From contig CM082576.2 in NCBI GenBank assembly GCA_040954595.2, positions 2,268,760 through 2,332,759 of the forward strand: 64,000 nt of DNA. The letters are read 5' to 3'. Below are positions 63,762-64,000 of the stretch, in pieces (the stretch's first letter is position 1; every line of letters begins with the position of its first letter). A model generated the notes under the pieces. The model was given only the letters and a program-made list of their open reading frames with translations, was not told where the DNA came from and searched no databases. A program made the position numbers and the translations under genes. This DNA comes from Balanoglossus misakiensis (lineage: Eukaryota > Animalia > Hemichordata).

Positions 63762-64000
63762 CCAGTATATTGATGGTGTAAATCACGCTATTTGATTGGT
63801 CGAAACACGACACGTGACTGTGATATATTAGTCATATACCACAGTCATATATCATAGTCAAAGAAAATGCCTTTTTAAAATGTTTTATGCAAAGTTTCAA
63901 TATACTGGCATAATATAATAGCAATAAAACACCCCCAGCCATGGTATACCACTCGATTTTGACCAGTTCAACTCCCTATACGCACTCGCTATCGCTCGTG
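63762..64000. repeat. Probable interspersed repeat, truncated by the window end
   Basis: gattggtcgaaacacgacacgtgac...aataaaacacccccagccatggtataccactcgattttgaccagttc...tatacgcactcgctatcgctcgtg resembles hairpin-containing non-autonomous elements of marine invertebrates (recollection only). The end looks like the turn of a hairpin. Confidence 0.35.

Overview
Eukaryotic animal genomic DNA with GT-AG introns; the gene and repeat content suggests a marine invertebrate deuterostome (inference). Four + strand protein-coding genes are supported. (1) The 3' seven exons of ACBD3/GCP60 (67-3569). (2) A two-exon, 830-aa class C (mGluR-like) GPCR (11355-15534) whose distal glutamate-binding residues are altered. 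(3) A three-exon DNAAF2/kintoun (17609-25456). (4) A four-exon, 180-aa Shisa-like single-pass protein (31837-63639) that the ORF track misses. This small gene is stretched to about 32 kb by two inserts. Intron 1 holds a 4.4-kb near-palindromic DNA transposon derivative (TAG...CTA ends, AAA TSD, Academ-like, apparently two transposase 5' halves facing each other). Intron 3 is almost entirely a 25.4-kb array of about 290 near-identical 87-bp satellite monomers, capped at both ends by a diverged 87-bp monomer type and showing recurrent 7-monomer spacing of variants. The long minus-strand repeat ORFs over the array are most likely a by-product of the 87-bp period. There is also a 162-bp TAG...CTA MITE with a 10-bp TSD, RFX X-box-like motifs around DNAAF2, and CTCF-like motifs. 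No database searches were run; family assignments rest on recalled motifs.
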